Assembly (NCBI GenBank): GCA_965655095.1
Contig: OZ296656.1
Coordinates: forward strand, 44,640,001 to 44,704,000
Direction: 5' to 3'
Length of the DNA stretch: 64,000 nucleotides
Origin: Haplodiscus bocki
Taxonomy: Eukaryota
Numbering within the stretch: the first letter of the stretch is position 1; the number at the start of each line of letters is the position of its first letter. A model generated the notes under the pieces. It saw only the letters and a program-made list of their open reading frames with translations. It had not been told where the DNA came from and made no database searches. Below, piece by piece: positions 36,801 to 51,800 of the stretch. The position numbers were made by a program, and so were the translations under genes.

Positions 36801-39800
36801 TGTACACACCGACAAAATTCTTTCACAAAAATGACTGTCTTAAAGCAGCTGATATCTGCCAGAAAGCATTTTCCACACTTTTGCAAACTGTATTCAATTC
36901 AAGAAGAAGACCTGGAGGAAATTTTAGCCAAAAATGACGTAGATAGTTATGTATACCACAACTTTTTTCATTTCTCCAGGTCCCACATCGATCAAAAAAC
37001 AAGTTAGCAAAGGCTCCGACGAAAAACGTTCTGCATTCATTCTGTTTCAATTTTGCGATTAGAAGCCACAGCTGCATTATAAGATGATCAAACTTCCAAT
37101 TCACTACTTTTTCGTTGAGATTTTCCACTTCGTAATTCAGAACTCTGTGTCTCGCCCTTTCAATTTCAAAAACCTTCAGAAAAAACGGAAACGAATTTCT
37201 TCCTTAAAATTCGTTTGATCCACTGCGCTGTTAAATTTTCCCGGATGAACATTTTCTGTCTGAATTAAAATGCCATGTTGAACGTTTTCCTGTTTTCGCA
37301 AAGCATAAAATCGTGGAATTTCTTGATAACATTGTTTACAAATGAAAGTAACCACAAGCTTTGGAGCGGTGTTATGTTAAGCAAAATGACGAACAAATCC
37401 TACTGCGATATAGTAGAGAAATTGAGGCTTTGTGTGTAACAAATGTTTTAGCTGAGCATCTCTTTTTGTGCCGTACAACATTGTTTTTTTAAGTTGGATA
37501 ACAATTTTTTCTCTTGAATTTTTTTTCTCGGATTGACGAAAGCTTCTCATTAGGAGGTGTTCAACGGAAAGATTTCAAATAAACGTAAAAATTGATGCAA
37601 CCTGACTGTAGCACTGGAAGACGAAAAATGCCAAAAAAGACACAGCAGGTGTTACTCAATACTTTCAATTTTATATGGAAAACCCCATTAGAAAAAGAGC
37701 AACCATAAAAACAAAGAAACATGACAGTAAAAGAAAAAACCGTACGAGTTGTCAATCAACTTCTTTCGTTTTAGAAACCGAATGTGTCCAAAAAAAATTA
37801 ATTAAAGTGGTCGAAAAGCTTGTCTATGAAAACACTTCAAGTGGAATAACTTCTTTTTTTGTAGTGACAGAATGTCTGAGAAAAAACATCCTGTGGATTA
37901 ACTTCCCCAGGCAGCAACTTTGAGAATTTCGTCAACCATCTATCAAAAAGGTTTCCACGGAAGGAAGAAAAAAACTTTGCATAGTCAGTGTTGTGCCGAT
38001 GTTAAAAACTTGAGAACAACAACATGTATGGCAACATCCACCAGCAAATACATATCGTGGTACCAGGTTCGTAACTACTAGACAACGATTTCATTTTCAA
38101 TCATCCAAAACGAAATTTCAATACTTGTTTGGATCAAATAAAATGACTGCCGTCGCTGAATTTTGGAGTATTAATATAATCAGCACTGGTGTACACACCG
38201 ACAAAATCAATTCACAAAAATGACTGTCTTAAAGCAGCTGATATCTGCCAGAAAGCATTTTCCACATTTTTCAAACTGTATTCAATTCAAGAAGAAAACC
38301 TGGAGCAAATTTTAGCCGAAAATGACGTAGGTAGTTGTGTATACCACAACTTTTTTCTTTTCTCCAGGTCCCACATCGATCAAAATACAAGTTAGCAAAG
38401 GCTCCAACGAAAAACGTTCTGCATTCATTCTGTTTCAATTTTGCGATTTGAAGCCACAGCTGCAATATAAGATGATCAATCTTCCAATTCACTACTGTTT
38501 CGGTGAGATTCTCCACTTCGTAATTCAAAACTCTGTGTCTCGCCCTTTCGATTTCAAAAACCTTCAAAAAAATACGGAAACGAAACTCTTCCTTATTATT
38601 CGTTTGATCCACTGCGCTGTTAAACTTTCCCGAATGAACATTTTCTGTCTGAATTAAAATGCCATGTTGAATGTTTTCCTGTTTTCGCAAAGCATAAAAT
38701 CCTGGAAACTCTTGATAACATTGTTTACAATTGAAAGTAACCGCAGGTTTTGGAGCGGTGTTATGTTAAGCAAAAAGATGAACAAAACCTACTGCGATAT
38801 AGTAGAGAAATTGAGGCTTTGTGTGTAACAAATGTTTTAGCTGAGCATCTCTTTTTGTGCCGTACAACATTGTTTTTTTTATGTTGGATAACAATTTTTT
38901 CTCTTCAAATTTTTTTCTCGGATTGACGAAAGCTTCTCATTACGAGGTGTTCAACGGAAAGATTTCAAATAAACGTAAAAATTGATGCAACCTGAATGTG
39001 GCACTGGAAGACGAAAAATGCCAAAAAAAGACATAGCAGGTGTTACTCAATACTTTCAATTTTTTATGGAAAACCCCATTAGAAAAAGAGCAACCACAAA
39101 AACAAACAAACATGACAGTAAAAACAAAAACCGTACGAGTTGTCAATCAACTTCTTTCGTTTTAGAAACCGAATGTGTCCAAAAAAAATCAATTAAAGTG
39201 GTCGAAAAGCTTGTCTATGAAAACACTTCAAGTGGAATAACTTCTTTTTTTGTAGTGACAGAATGTCTGAGAAAAAACATCCTGTGGATTAACTTCCCCA
39301 GGCAGCAACTTTGAGAATTTCGTCAACCATCAATCAAAAAGGTTTCCACGGAAGGAAGAAAAATACTTTGCATAGTCAGTGTTGTGCGGATGTTAAAAAC
39401 TTGAGAACAACAACATGTATGGCAACATCCACCAGCAAATACATATCGTGGTACCAGGTTCGTAACTACTAGACAACGATTTCATTTTCAATCATCCAAA
39501 ACGAAATTTCAATACTTGTTTGGATCAAATAAAATGACTGCCGTCGCTGAATTTTGGAGTATTAATATAATCAGCACTGGTGTACACACCGACAAAATTC
39601 TTTCACAAAAATGACTGTCTTAAAGCAGCTGATATCTGCCAGAAAGCATTTTCCACACTTTTGCAAACTGTATTCAATTCAAGAAGAAAACCTGGAGGAA
39701 ATTTTAGCCAAAAATGACGTAGATAGTTATGTATACCACAACTTTTTTCATTTCTCCAGGTCCCACATCGATCAAAAAACAAGTTAGCAAAGGCTCCGAC

Positions 39801-42800
39801 GAAAAACGTTCTGCATTCATTCTGTTTCAATTTTGCGATTAGAAGCCACAGCTGCATTATAAGATGATCAAACTTCCAATTCACTACTGTTTCGTTGAGA
39901 TTTTCCACTTCGTAATTCACAACTCTGTGTCTCGCCCTTTCAATTTCAAAAACCTTCAGAAAAAACGGAAACGAATTTCTTCCTTAAAATTCGTTTGATC
40001 CACTGCGCTGTTAAATTTTCCCGGATGAACATTTTCTGTCTGAATTAAAATGCCATGTTGAACGTTTTCCTGTTTTCGCAAAGCATAAAATCGTGGAATT
40101 TTTTGATAACATTGTTTACAAATGAAAGTAACCACAAGCTTTGGAGCGGTGTTATGTTAAGCAAAATGACGAACAAATCCTACTGCGATATAGTAGAGAA
40201 ATTGAGGCTTTGTGTGTAACAAATGTTTTAGCTGAGCATCTCTTTTTGTGCCGTACAACATTGTTTTTTTAAGTTGGATAACAATTTTTTCTCTTGAATT
40301 TTTTTTCTCGGATTGACGAAAGCTTCTCATTAGGAGGTGTTCAACGGAAAGATTTCAAATAAACGTAAAAATTGATGCAACCTGACTGTAGCACTGGAAG
40401 ACGAAAAATGCCAAAAAAGACACAGCAGGTGTTACTCAATACTTTCAATTTTATATGGAAAACCCCATTAGAAAAAGAGCAACCATAAAAACAAAGAAAC
40501 ATGACAGTAAAAGAAAAAACCGTACGAGTTGTCAATCAACTTCTTTCGTTTTAGAAACCGAATGTGTCCAAAAAAAATTAATTAAAGTGGTCGAAAAGCT
40601 TGTCTATGAAAACACTTCAAGTGGAATAACTTCTTTTTTTGTAGTGACAGAATGTCTGAGAAAAAACATCCTGTGGATTAACTTCCCCAGGCAGCAACTT
40701 TGAGAATTTCGTCAACCATCTATCAAAAAGGTTTCCACGGAAGGAAGAAAAAAACTTTGCATAGTCAGTGTTGTGCCGATGTTAAAAACTTGAGAACAAC
40801 AACATGTATGGCAACATCCACCAGCAAATACATATCGTGGTACCAGGTTCGTAACTACTAGACAACGATTTCATTTTCAATCATCCAAAACGAAATTTCA
40901 ATACTTGTTTGGATCAAATAAAATGACTGCCGTCGCTGAATTTTGGAGTATTAATATAATCAGCACTGGTGTACACACCGACAAAATCAATTCACAAAAA
41001 TGACTGTCTTAAAGCAGCTGATATCTGCCAGAAAGCATTTTCCACATTTTTGCAAACTGTATTCAATTCAAGAAGAAAACCTGGAGCAAATTTTAGCCCA
41101 AAATGACGTAGGTAGTTGTGTATACCACAACTTTTTTCTTTTCTCCAGGTCCCACATCGATCAAAATACAAGTTAGCAAAGGCTCCAACGAAAAACGTTC
41201 TGCATTCATTCTGTTTCAATTTTGCGATTTGAAGCCACAGCTGCAATATAAGATGATCAATCTTCCAATTCACTACTGTTTCGGTGAGATTCTCCACTTC
41301 GTAATTCAAAACTCTGTGTCTCGCCCTTTCGATTTCAAAAACCTTCAAAAAAATACGGAAACGAAACTCTTCCTTATTATTCGTTTGATCCACTGCGCTG
41401 TTAAACTTTCCCGAATGAACATTTTCTGTCTGAATTAAAATGCCATGTTGAATGTTTTCCTGTTTTCGCAAAGCATAAAATCCTGGAAACTCTTGATAAC
41501 ATTGTTTACAATTGAAAGTAACCGCAGGTTTTGGAGCGGTGTTATGTTAAGCAAAAAGATGAACAAAACCTACTGCGATATAGTAGAGAAATTGAGGCTT
41601 TGTGTGTAACAAATGTTTTAGCTGAGCATCTCTTTTTGTGCCGTACAACATTGTTTTTTTTATGTTGGATAACAATTTTTTCTCTTCAAATTTTTTTCTC
41701 GGATTGACGAAAGCTTCTCATTACGAGGTGTTCAACGGAAAGATTTCAAATAAACGTAAAAATTGATGCAACCTGAATGTGGCACTGGAAGACGAAAAAT
41801 GCCAAAAAAAGACATAGCAGGTGTTACTCAATACTTTCAATTTTTTATGGAAAACCCCATTAGAAAAAGAGCAACCACAAAAACAAACAAACATGACAGT
41901 AAAAACAAAAACCGTACGAGTTGTCAATCAACTTCTTTCGTTTTAGAAACCGAATGTGTCCAAAAAAAATCAATTAAAGTGGTCAAAAAGCTTGTCTATG
42001 AAAACACTTCAAGAGGAATAAGTTCTTTTTTTGTAGTGACAGAATGTCCGAGAAAAAACATCCTGTGGATTAACTTCCCCAGGCAGCAACTTTGAGAATT
42101 TCGTCAACCATCAATCAAAAAGGTTTCCACGGAAGGAAGAAAAATACTTTGCATAGTCAGTGTTGTGCGGATGTTAAAAACTTGAGAACAACAACATGTA
42201 TGGCAAAATCCACCAGCAAATACATATCGTGGTACCAGGTTCGTAACTACTAGACAACAATTTCATTTTCAATTATCCAAAACGAAATTTCAATACTTGT
42301 TTGGATCAAATAAAATGACTGACGTCGCTGAAGTTTGGAGTATTAATATAATCAGCACTGGTGTACACACCGACAAAATTCTTTCACAAAAATGACTGTC
42401 TTAAAGCAGCTGATATCTGCCAGAAAGCATTTTCCACACTTTTGCAAACTGTATTCAATTCAAGAAGAAAACCTGGAGGAAATTGTAGCCAAAAATGACG
42501 TAGATAGTTATGTATACCACAACTTTTTTCATTTCTCCAGGTCCCACATCGATCAAAAAACAAGTTAGCAAAGGCTCCGACGAAAAACGTTCTGCATTCA
42601 TTCTGTTTCAATTTTGCGATTAGAAGCCACAGCTGCATTATAAGATGATCAAACTTCCAATTCACTACTTTTTCGTTGAGATTTTCCACTTCGTAATTCA
42701 GAACTCTGTGTCTCGCCCTTTCAATTTCAAAAACCTTCAAAAAAAACGGAAACGAATTTCTTCCTTAAAATTCGTTTGATCCACTGCGCTGTTAAATTTT

Positions 42801-45800
42801 CCCGGATGAACATTTTCTGTCTGAATTAAAATGCCATGTTGAACGTTTTCCTGTTTTCGCAAAGCATAAAATCGTGGAATTTCTTGATAACATTGTTTAC
42901 AAATGAAAGTAACCACAAGCTTTGGAGCGGTGTTATGTTAAGCAAAATGACGAACAAATCCTACTGCGATATAGTAGAGAAATTGAGGCTTTGTGTGTAA
43001 CAAATGTTTTAGCTGAGCATCTCTTTTTGTGCCGTACAACATTGTTTTTTTAAGTTGGATAACAATTTTTTCTCTTGAATTTTTTTTCTCGGATTGACGA
43101 AAGCTTCTCATTAGGAGGTGTTCAACGGAAAGATTTCAAATAAACGTAAAAATTGATGCAACCTGACTGTAGCACTGGAAGACGAAAAATGCCAAAAAAG
43201 ACACAGCAGGTGTTACTCAATACTTTCAATTTTATATGGAAAACCCCATTAGAAAAAGAGCAACCATAAAAACAAAGAAATATGACAGTAAAAGAAAAAA
43301 CCGTACGAGTTGTCAATCAACTTCTTTCGTTTTAGAAACCGAATGTGTCCAAAAAAAATTAATTAAAGTGGTCGAAAAGCTTGTCTATGAAAACACTTCA
43401 AGTGGAATAACTTCTTTTTTTGTAGTGACAGAATGTCTGAGAAAAAACATCCTGTGGATTAACTTCCCCAGGCAGCAACTTTGAGAATTTCGTCAACCAT
43501 CTATCAAAAAGGTTTCCACGGAAGGAAGAAAAAAACTTTGCATAGTCAGTGTTGTGCCGATGTTAAAAACTTGAGAACAACAACATGTATGGCAACATCC
43601 ACCAGCAAATACATATCGTGGTACCAGGTTCGTAACTACTAGACAACGATTTCATTTTCAATCATCCAAAACGAAATTTCAATACTTGTTTGGATCAAAT
43701 AAAATGACTGCCGTCGCTGAATTTTGGAGTATTAATATAATCAGCACTGGTGTACACACCGACAAAATCAATTCACAAAAATGACTGTCTTAAAGCAGCT
43801 GATATCTGCCAGAAAGCATTTTCCACATTTTTGCAAACTGTATTCAATTCAAGAAGAAAACCTGGAGCAAATTTTAGCCGAAAATGACGTAGGTAGTTGT
43901 GTATACCACAACTTTTTTCTTTTCTCCAGGTCCCACATCGATCAAAATACAAGTTAGCAAAGGCTCCAACGAAAAACGTTCTGCATTCATTCTGTTTCAA
44001 TTTTGCGATTTGAAGCCACAGCTGCAATATAAGATGATCAATCTTCCAATTCACTACTTTTTCGGTGAGATTCTCCACTTCGTAATTCAAAACTCTGTGT
44101 CTCCCCCTCTCAATTTCAAAAACCTTCAAAAAAATACGAAAACGAAACTCTTCTTTATTATTCGTTTGATCCACTGCGCTCTCAAATTTTCCCGGATGAA
44201 CATTTTCTTTCTGAATAAAATGCCATGTTGAATGTTTTCCTGTTTTCGCAAAGCATAAAATCCTGGAAACTCTTGATAACATTGTTTACAATTGAAAGTA
44301 ACCGCAGGTTTTGGAGCGGTGTTATGTTAAGCAAAAAGATGAACAAAACCTACTGCGATATAGTAGAGAAATTGAGGCTTTGTGTGTAACAAATGTTTTA
44401 GCTGAGCATCTCTTTTTGTGCCGTACAACATTGTTTTTTTCGGTTGGATAACAATTTTTTCTCTTGAATTTTTTTTCTCGGATTGACGAAAGCTTCTCAT
44501 TAGGAGGTGTTCAACGGAAAGATTTCAAATAAACGTAAAAATTGATGCAACCTGAATGTGGCACTGGAAGACGAAAAATGCCAAAAAAAGACATAGCAGG
44601 TGTTACTCAATACTTTCAATTTTTTATGGAAAACCCCATTAGAAAAAGAGCAACCACAAAAACAAAGAAAAATGACAGTAAAAACAAAAACCGTACGAGT
44701 TGTCAATCAACTTCCTTCGTTTTAGAAACCGAATGTGTCCAAAAAAAATTAATTAAAGTGGTCAAAAAGCTTGTCTATGAAAACACTTCAAGTGGAATAA
44801 CCCCTTTTTTTTGTAGTGACAGAATGTCTGAGAAAAAACATCCTGTGGATTAACTTCCCCAGGCAGCAACTTTGAGAATTTCGTCAACCATCAATCAAAA
44901 AGGTTTCCACGGAAGAAAGAAAAATACTTTGCATAGTCAATGTTGTGCGGATCTTAAAAACTTGAGAGCAACAACATGTATGGCAACATCCACCAGCAAA
45001 ACATATCGTGGTACCAGGTTCGTAACTACTAGACAACAATTTCATTTTCAATTATCCAAAACGAAATTTCAATACTTGTTTGGATCAAATAAAATGACTG
45101 ACGTCGCTGAATTTTGGAGTATTAATATAATCAGCACTGGTGTACACACCGACAAAATCAATTCACAAAAATGACTGTCTTAAAGCAGCTGATATCTGCC
45201 AGAAAGCATTTTCCACTTTTTTGCAAACTGTATTCAATTCAAGAAGAAAACCTGGAGGAAATTTTAGCCGAAAAAGACGTAGATAGTTTTGTATACCACA
45301 ACTTTTTTCATTTCTCCAGGTCCCACATCGATCAAAAAACAAGTTAGCAAAGGCTCCAACGAAAAACGTTCTCCATTCATTCTGTTTCAATTTTGCGATT
45401 TGAAGCCACAGCTGCATTATAAGATGATCAAACTTCCAATTCACTACTGTTTCGTTGAGATTTTCCACTTCGTAATTCACAACTCTGTGTCTCGCCCTTT
45501 CAATTTCAAAAACCTTCAAAAGAAACGGAAACGATCTTCTTCCTTAAAATTCGTTTGATCCACTGCGCTGTTAAATTTTCCCGGATGAACATTTTCTGTC
45601 TGAATTAAAATGCCAAGTTGAACGTTTTCCTGTTTTCGCAAAGCATAAATTCGTGGAATTTCTTGATAACATTGTTTACAAATGAAAGTAACCGCAGGCT
45701 TTGGAGCGTTGTTATGTTAAGCAAAAAGATGAACAAATCCTACTGCGATATAGTAGAGAAATTGAGGCTTTGTGTGTAACAAATTTTTTAGCTGAGCATC

Positions 45801-48800
45801 TCTTTTTGTGCCGTACAACATTGTTTTTTTTAAGTTGGTTAACAATTTTTTCTCTTGAATTTTTTTTCTCGGATTGACGAAAGCTTCTCATTAGGAGGTG
45901 TTCAACGGAAAGATTTCAAATAAACGTAAAAATTGATGCAACCTGACTGTGGCACTGGAAGACGAAAAATGCCAAAAAAGACATAGCAGGTGTTACTCAA
46001 TACTTTCAATTTTATATGGAAAACCCCATTAGAAAAAGAGCAACCATAAAAACAAAGAAACATGACAGTCAAAGGAAAAACCGTTCGAGTTGTCAATCAA
46101 CTTCTTTCGTTTTAGAAACCGAATGTGTCCAAAAAAAATTAATTAAAGTGGTCAAAAAGCTTGTCTATGAAAACACTTCAAGTGGAATAACCCCTTTTTT
46201 TTGTAGTGACAGAATGTCTGAGAAAAAACATCCTGTGGATTAACTTCCCCAGGCAGCAACTTTGAGAATTTCGTCAACCATCAATCAAAAAGGTTTCCAT
46301 GGAAGAAAGAAAAATACTTTGCATAGTCAATGTTGTGCGGATCTTAAAAACTTGAGAGCAACAACATGTATGGCAACATCCACCAGCAAAACATATCGTG
46401 GTACCAGGTTCGTAACTACTAGACAACAATTTCATTTTCAATTATCCAAAACGAAATTTCAATACTTGTTTGGATCAAATAAAATGACTGACGTCGCTGA
46501 ATTTTGGAGTATTAATATAATCAGCACTGGTGTACACACCGACAAAATCAATTCACAAAAATGACTGTCTTAAAGCAGCTGATATCTGCCAGAAAGCATT
46601 TTCCACTTTTTTGCAAACTGTATTCAATTCAAGAAGAAAACCTGGAGGAAATTTTAGCCGAAAATGACGTAGATAGTTATGTATACCACAACTTTCTTCA
46701 TTTCTCCAGGTCCCACATCGATCAAAAAACAAGTTAGCAAAGGCTCCAGCGAAAAACGTTCTGCGTTCATTCTGTTTCAATTTTGCGATTTGAAGGCACA
46801 GCTGCATTATAAGATGATCAAACTTCCAATTCACTACTGTTTCGGTGAGATTTTCCACTTCGTAATTCAAAACTCTGTGTCTCGCCCTTTCAATTTCAAA
46901 AACCTTCAAAAAAATACGGAAACGAAACTCTTCCTTATTATTCGTTTGATCCACTGCGCTGTTAAATTTTCCCGAATGAACATTTTCTGTCTGAATTAAA
47001 ATGCCCTGTTGAATGTTTTCCTGTTTTCGCAAAGCATAAAATCCTGGAAACTCTTGATAACATTGTTTACAATTGAAAGTAACCGCAGGTTTTGGAGCGG
47101 TGTTATGTTAAGCAAAAAGATGAACAAAACCTACTGCGATATAGTAGAGAAATTGAGGCTTTGTGTGTAACAAATGTTTTAGCTGAGCATCTCTTTTTGT
47201 GCCGTACAACATTGTTTTTTTTATGTTGGATAACAATTTTTTCTCTTCAAATTTTTTTCTCGGATTGACGAAAGCTTCTCATTACGAGGTGTTCAACGGA
47301 AAGATTTCAAATAAACGTAAAAATTGATGCAACCTGAATGTGGCACTGGAAGACGAAAAATGCCAAAAAAAGACATAGCAGGTGTTACTCAATACTTTCA
47401 ATTTTTTATGGAAAACCCCATTAGAAAAAGAGCAACCACAAAAACAAACAAACATGGCAGTAAAAACAAAAACCGTACGAGTTGTCAATCAACTTCTTTC
47501 GTTTTAGAAACCGAATGTGTCCAAAAAAAATCAATTAAAGTGGTCAAAAAGCTTGTCTATGAAAACACTTCAAGAGGAATAAGTTCTTTTTTTTGTAGTG
47601 ACAGAATGTCTGAGAAAAAACATCCTGTCGATTAACTTCCCCAGGCAGCAACTTTGAGAATTTCGTCAACCATCAATCAAAAAGGTTTCCACGGAAGGAA
47701 GAAAAATACTTTGCATAGTCAGTGTTGTGCGGATGTTAAAAACTTGAGAACAACAACATGTATGGCAACATCCACCAGCAAATACATATCGTGGTACCAG
47801 GTTCGTAACTACTAGACAACAATTTCATTTTCAATTATCCAAAACGAAATTTCAATACTTGTTTGGATCAAATAAAATGACTGCCGTCGCTGAATTTTGG
47901 AGTATTAATATAATCAGCACTGGTGTACACACCGACAAAATCAATTCACAAAAATGACTGTCTTAAAGCAGCTGATATCTGCCAAAAAGCATTTTCCACA
48001 TTTTTGCAAACTGTATTCAATTCAAGAAGAAAACCTGGAGGAAATTTTAGCCAAAAATGACGTAGATAGTTATGTATACCACAACTTTCTTCATTTCTCC
48101 AGGTCCCACATCGATCAAAAAACAAGTTAGCAAAGGCTCCAACAAAAAACGTTCTGCGTTCATTCTGTTTCAATTTTGCGATTTGAAGCCACAGCTGCAT
48201 TATAGGATGATCAAACTTTCAATTCACTACTGTTTCGGTGAGATTTTCCACTTCGTAATTCAAAACTCTGTGTCTCGCCCTTTCAATTTCAAAAACCTTC
48301 AAAAAAAACGGAAACGAATTTCTTCCTTAAAATTCGTTTGATCCACTGCGCTGTTAAATTTTCCCGGATGAACATTTTCTGTCTGAATTAAAATGCCATG
48401 TTGAACGTTTTCCTGTTTTCGCAAAGCATAAAATCGTGGAATTTCTTGATAACATTGTTTACAAATGAAAGTAACCACAAGCTTTGGAGCGGTGTTATGT
48501 TAAGCAAAATGACGAACAAATCCTACTGCGATATAGTAGAGAAATTGAGGCTTTGTGTGTAACAAATGTTTTAGCTGAGCATCTCTTTTTGTGCCGTACA
48601 ACATTGTTTTTTTAAGTTGGATAACAATTTTTTCTCTTGAATTTTTTTTCTCGGATTGACGAAAGCTTCTCATTAGGAGGTGTTCAACGGAAAGATTTCA
48701 AATAAACGTAAAAATTGATGCAACCTGACTGTAGCACTGGAAGACGAAAAATGCCAAAAAAGACACAGCAGGTGTTACTCAATACTTTCAATTTTATATG

Positions 48801-51800
48801 GAAAACCCCATTAGAAAAAGAGCAACCATAAAAACAAAGAAATATGACAGTAAAAGAAAAAACCGTACGAGTTGTCAATCAACTTCTTTCGTTTTAGAAA
48901 CCGAATGTGTCCAAAAAAAATTAATTAAAGTGGTCGAAAAGCTTGTCTATGAAAACACTTCAAGTGGAATAACTTCTTTTTTTGTAGTGACAGAATGTCT
49001 GAGAAAAAACATCCTGTGGATTAACTTCCCCAGGCAGCAACTTTGAGAATTTCGTCAACCATCTATCAAAAAGGTTTCCACGGAAGGAAGAAAAAAACTT
49101 TGCATAGTCAGTGTTGTGCCGATGTTAAAAACTTGAGAACAACAACATGTATGGCAACATCCACCAGCAAATACATATCGTGGTACCAGGTTCGTAACTA
49201 CTAGACAACGATTTCATTTTCAATCATCCAAAACGAAATTTCAATACTTGTTTGGATCAAATAAAATGACTGCCGTCGCTGAATTTTGGAGTATTAATAT
49301 AATCAGCACTGGTGTACACACCGACAAAATCAATTCACAAAAATGACTGTCTTAAAGCAGCTGATATCTGCCAGAAAGCATTTTCCACATTTTTGCAAAC
49401 TGTATTCAATTCAAGAAGAAAACCTGGAGCAAATTTTAGCCGAAAATGACGTAGGTAGTTGTGTATACCACAACTTTTTTCTTTTCTCCAGGTCCCGCAT
49501 CGATCAAAATACAAGTTAGCAAAGGCTCCAACGAAAAACGTTCTGCATTCATTCTGTTTCAATTTTGCGATTTGAAGCCACAGCTGCAATATAAGATGAT
49601 CAATCTTCCAATTCACTACTGTTTCGGTGAGATTCTCCACTTCGTAATTCAAAACTCTGTGTCTCCCCCTCTCAATTTCAAAAACCTTCAAAAAAATACG
49701 AAAACGAAACTCTTCTTTATTATTCGTTTGATCCACTGCGCTCTCAAATTTTCCCGGATGAACATTTTCTTTCTGAATAAAATGCCATGTTGAATGTTTT
49801 CCTGTTTTCGCAAAGCATAAAATCCTGGAAACTCTTGATAACATTGTTTACAATTGAAAGTAACCGCAGGTTTTGGAGCGGTGTTATGTTAAGCAAAAAG
49901 ATGAACAAAACCTACTGCGATATAGTAGAGAAATTGAGGCTTTGTGTGTAACAAATGTTTTAGCTGAGCATCTCTTTTTGTGCCGTACAACATTGTTTTT
50001 TTCGGTTGGATAACAATTTTTTCTCTTGAATTTTTTTTGTCGGATTGACGAAAGCTTCTCATTAAGATGTGTTCAACGGAAAGATTTCAAATAAACGTAA
50101 AAATTGATGCAACCTGAATGTGGCACTGGAAGACGAAAAATGCCAAAAAAAGACATAGCAGGTGTTACTCAATACTTTCAATTTTTTATGGAAAACCCCA
50201 TTAGAAAAAGAGCAACCACAAAAACAAAGAAAAATGACAGTAAAAACAAAAACCGTACGAGTTGTCAATCAACTTCCTTCGTTTTAGAAACCGAATGTGT
50301 CCAAAAAAAATCAATTAAAGTGGTCAAAAAGCTTGTCTATGAAAACACTTCAAGAGGAATAAGTTCTTTTTTTGTGGTGACAGAATGTCCGAGAAAAAAC
50401 ATCCTGTGGATTAACTTCCCCAGGCAGCAACTTTGAGAATTTCGTCAACCATCAATCAAAAAGGTTTCCACGGAAGGAAGAAAAATACTTTGCATAGTCA
50501 GTGTTGTGCGGATGTTAAAAACTTGAGAACAACAACATGTATGGCAACATCCACCAGCAAATACATATCGTGGTACCAGGTTCGTAACTACTAGACAACA
50601 ATTTCATTTTCAATTATCCAAAACGAAATTTCAATACTTGTTTGGATCAAATAAAAAGACTGACGTCGCTGAATTTTGGAGTATTAATATAATCAGCACT
50701 GGTGTACACACCGACAAAATCAATTCACAAAAATGACTGTCTTAAAGCAGCTGATATCTGCCAGAAAGCATTTTCCACACTTTTGCAAACTGTATTCAAT
50801 TCAAGAAGAAAACCTGGAGGAAATTTTAGCCAAAAATGACGTAGATAGTTATGTATACCACAACTTTTTTCATTTCTCCAGGTCCCACATCGATCAAAAA
50901 ACAAGTTAGCAAAGGCTCCGACGAAAAACGTTCTGCATTCATTCTGTTTCAATTTTGCAATTAGAAGCCACAGCTGCATTATAAGATGATCAAACTTCCA
51001 ATTCACTACTGTTTCGTTGAGATTTTCCACTTCGTAATTCACAACTCTGTGTCTCGCCCTTTCAATTTCAAAAACCTTCAAAAGAAACGGAAACGATCTT
51101 CTTCCTTAAAATTCGTTTGATCCACTGCGCTGTTAAATTTTCCCGGATGAACATTTTCTGTCTGAATTAAAATGCCAAGTTGAACGTTTTCCTGTTTTCG
51201 CAAAGCATAAATTCGTGGAATTTCTTGATAACATTGTTTACAAATGAAAGTAACCGCAGGCTTTGGAGCGTTGTTATGTTAAGCAAAAAGATGAACAAAT
51301 CCTACTGCGATATAGTAGAGAAATTGAGGCTTTGTGTGTAACAAATTTTTTAGCTGAGCATCTCTTTTTGTGCCGTACAACATTGTTTTTTTTAAGTTGG
51401 TTAACAATTTTTTCTCTTGAATTTTTTTTCTCGGATTGACGAAAGCTTCTCATTAGGAGGTGTTCAACGGAAAGATTTCAAATAAACGTAAAAATTGATG
51501 CAACCTGACTGTGGCACTGGAAGACGAAAAATGCCAAAAAAGACATAGCAGGTGTTACTCAATACTTTCAATTTTATATGGAAAACCCCATTAGAAAAAG
51601 AGCAACCATAAAAACAAAGAAACATGACAGTCAAAGGAAAAACCGTTCGAGTTGTCAATCAACTTCTTTCGTTTTAGAAACCGAATGTGTCCAAAAAAAA
51701 TTAATTAAAGTGGTCAAAAAGCTTGTCTATGAAAACACTTCAAGTGGAATAACCCCTTTTTTTTGTAGTGACAGAATGTCTGAGAAAAAACATCCTGTGG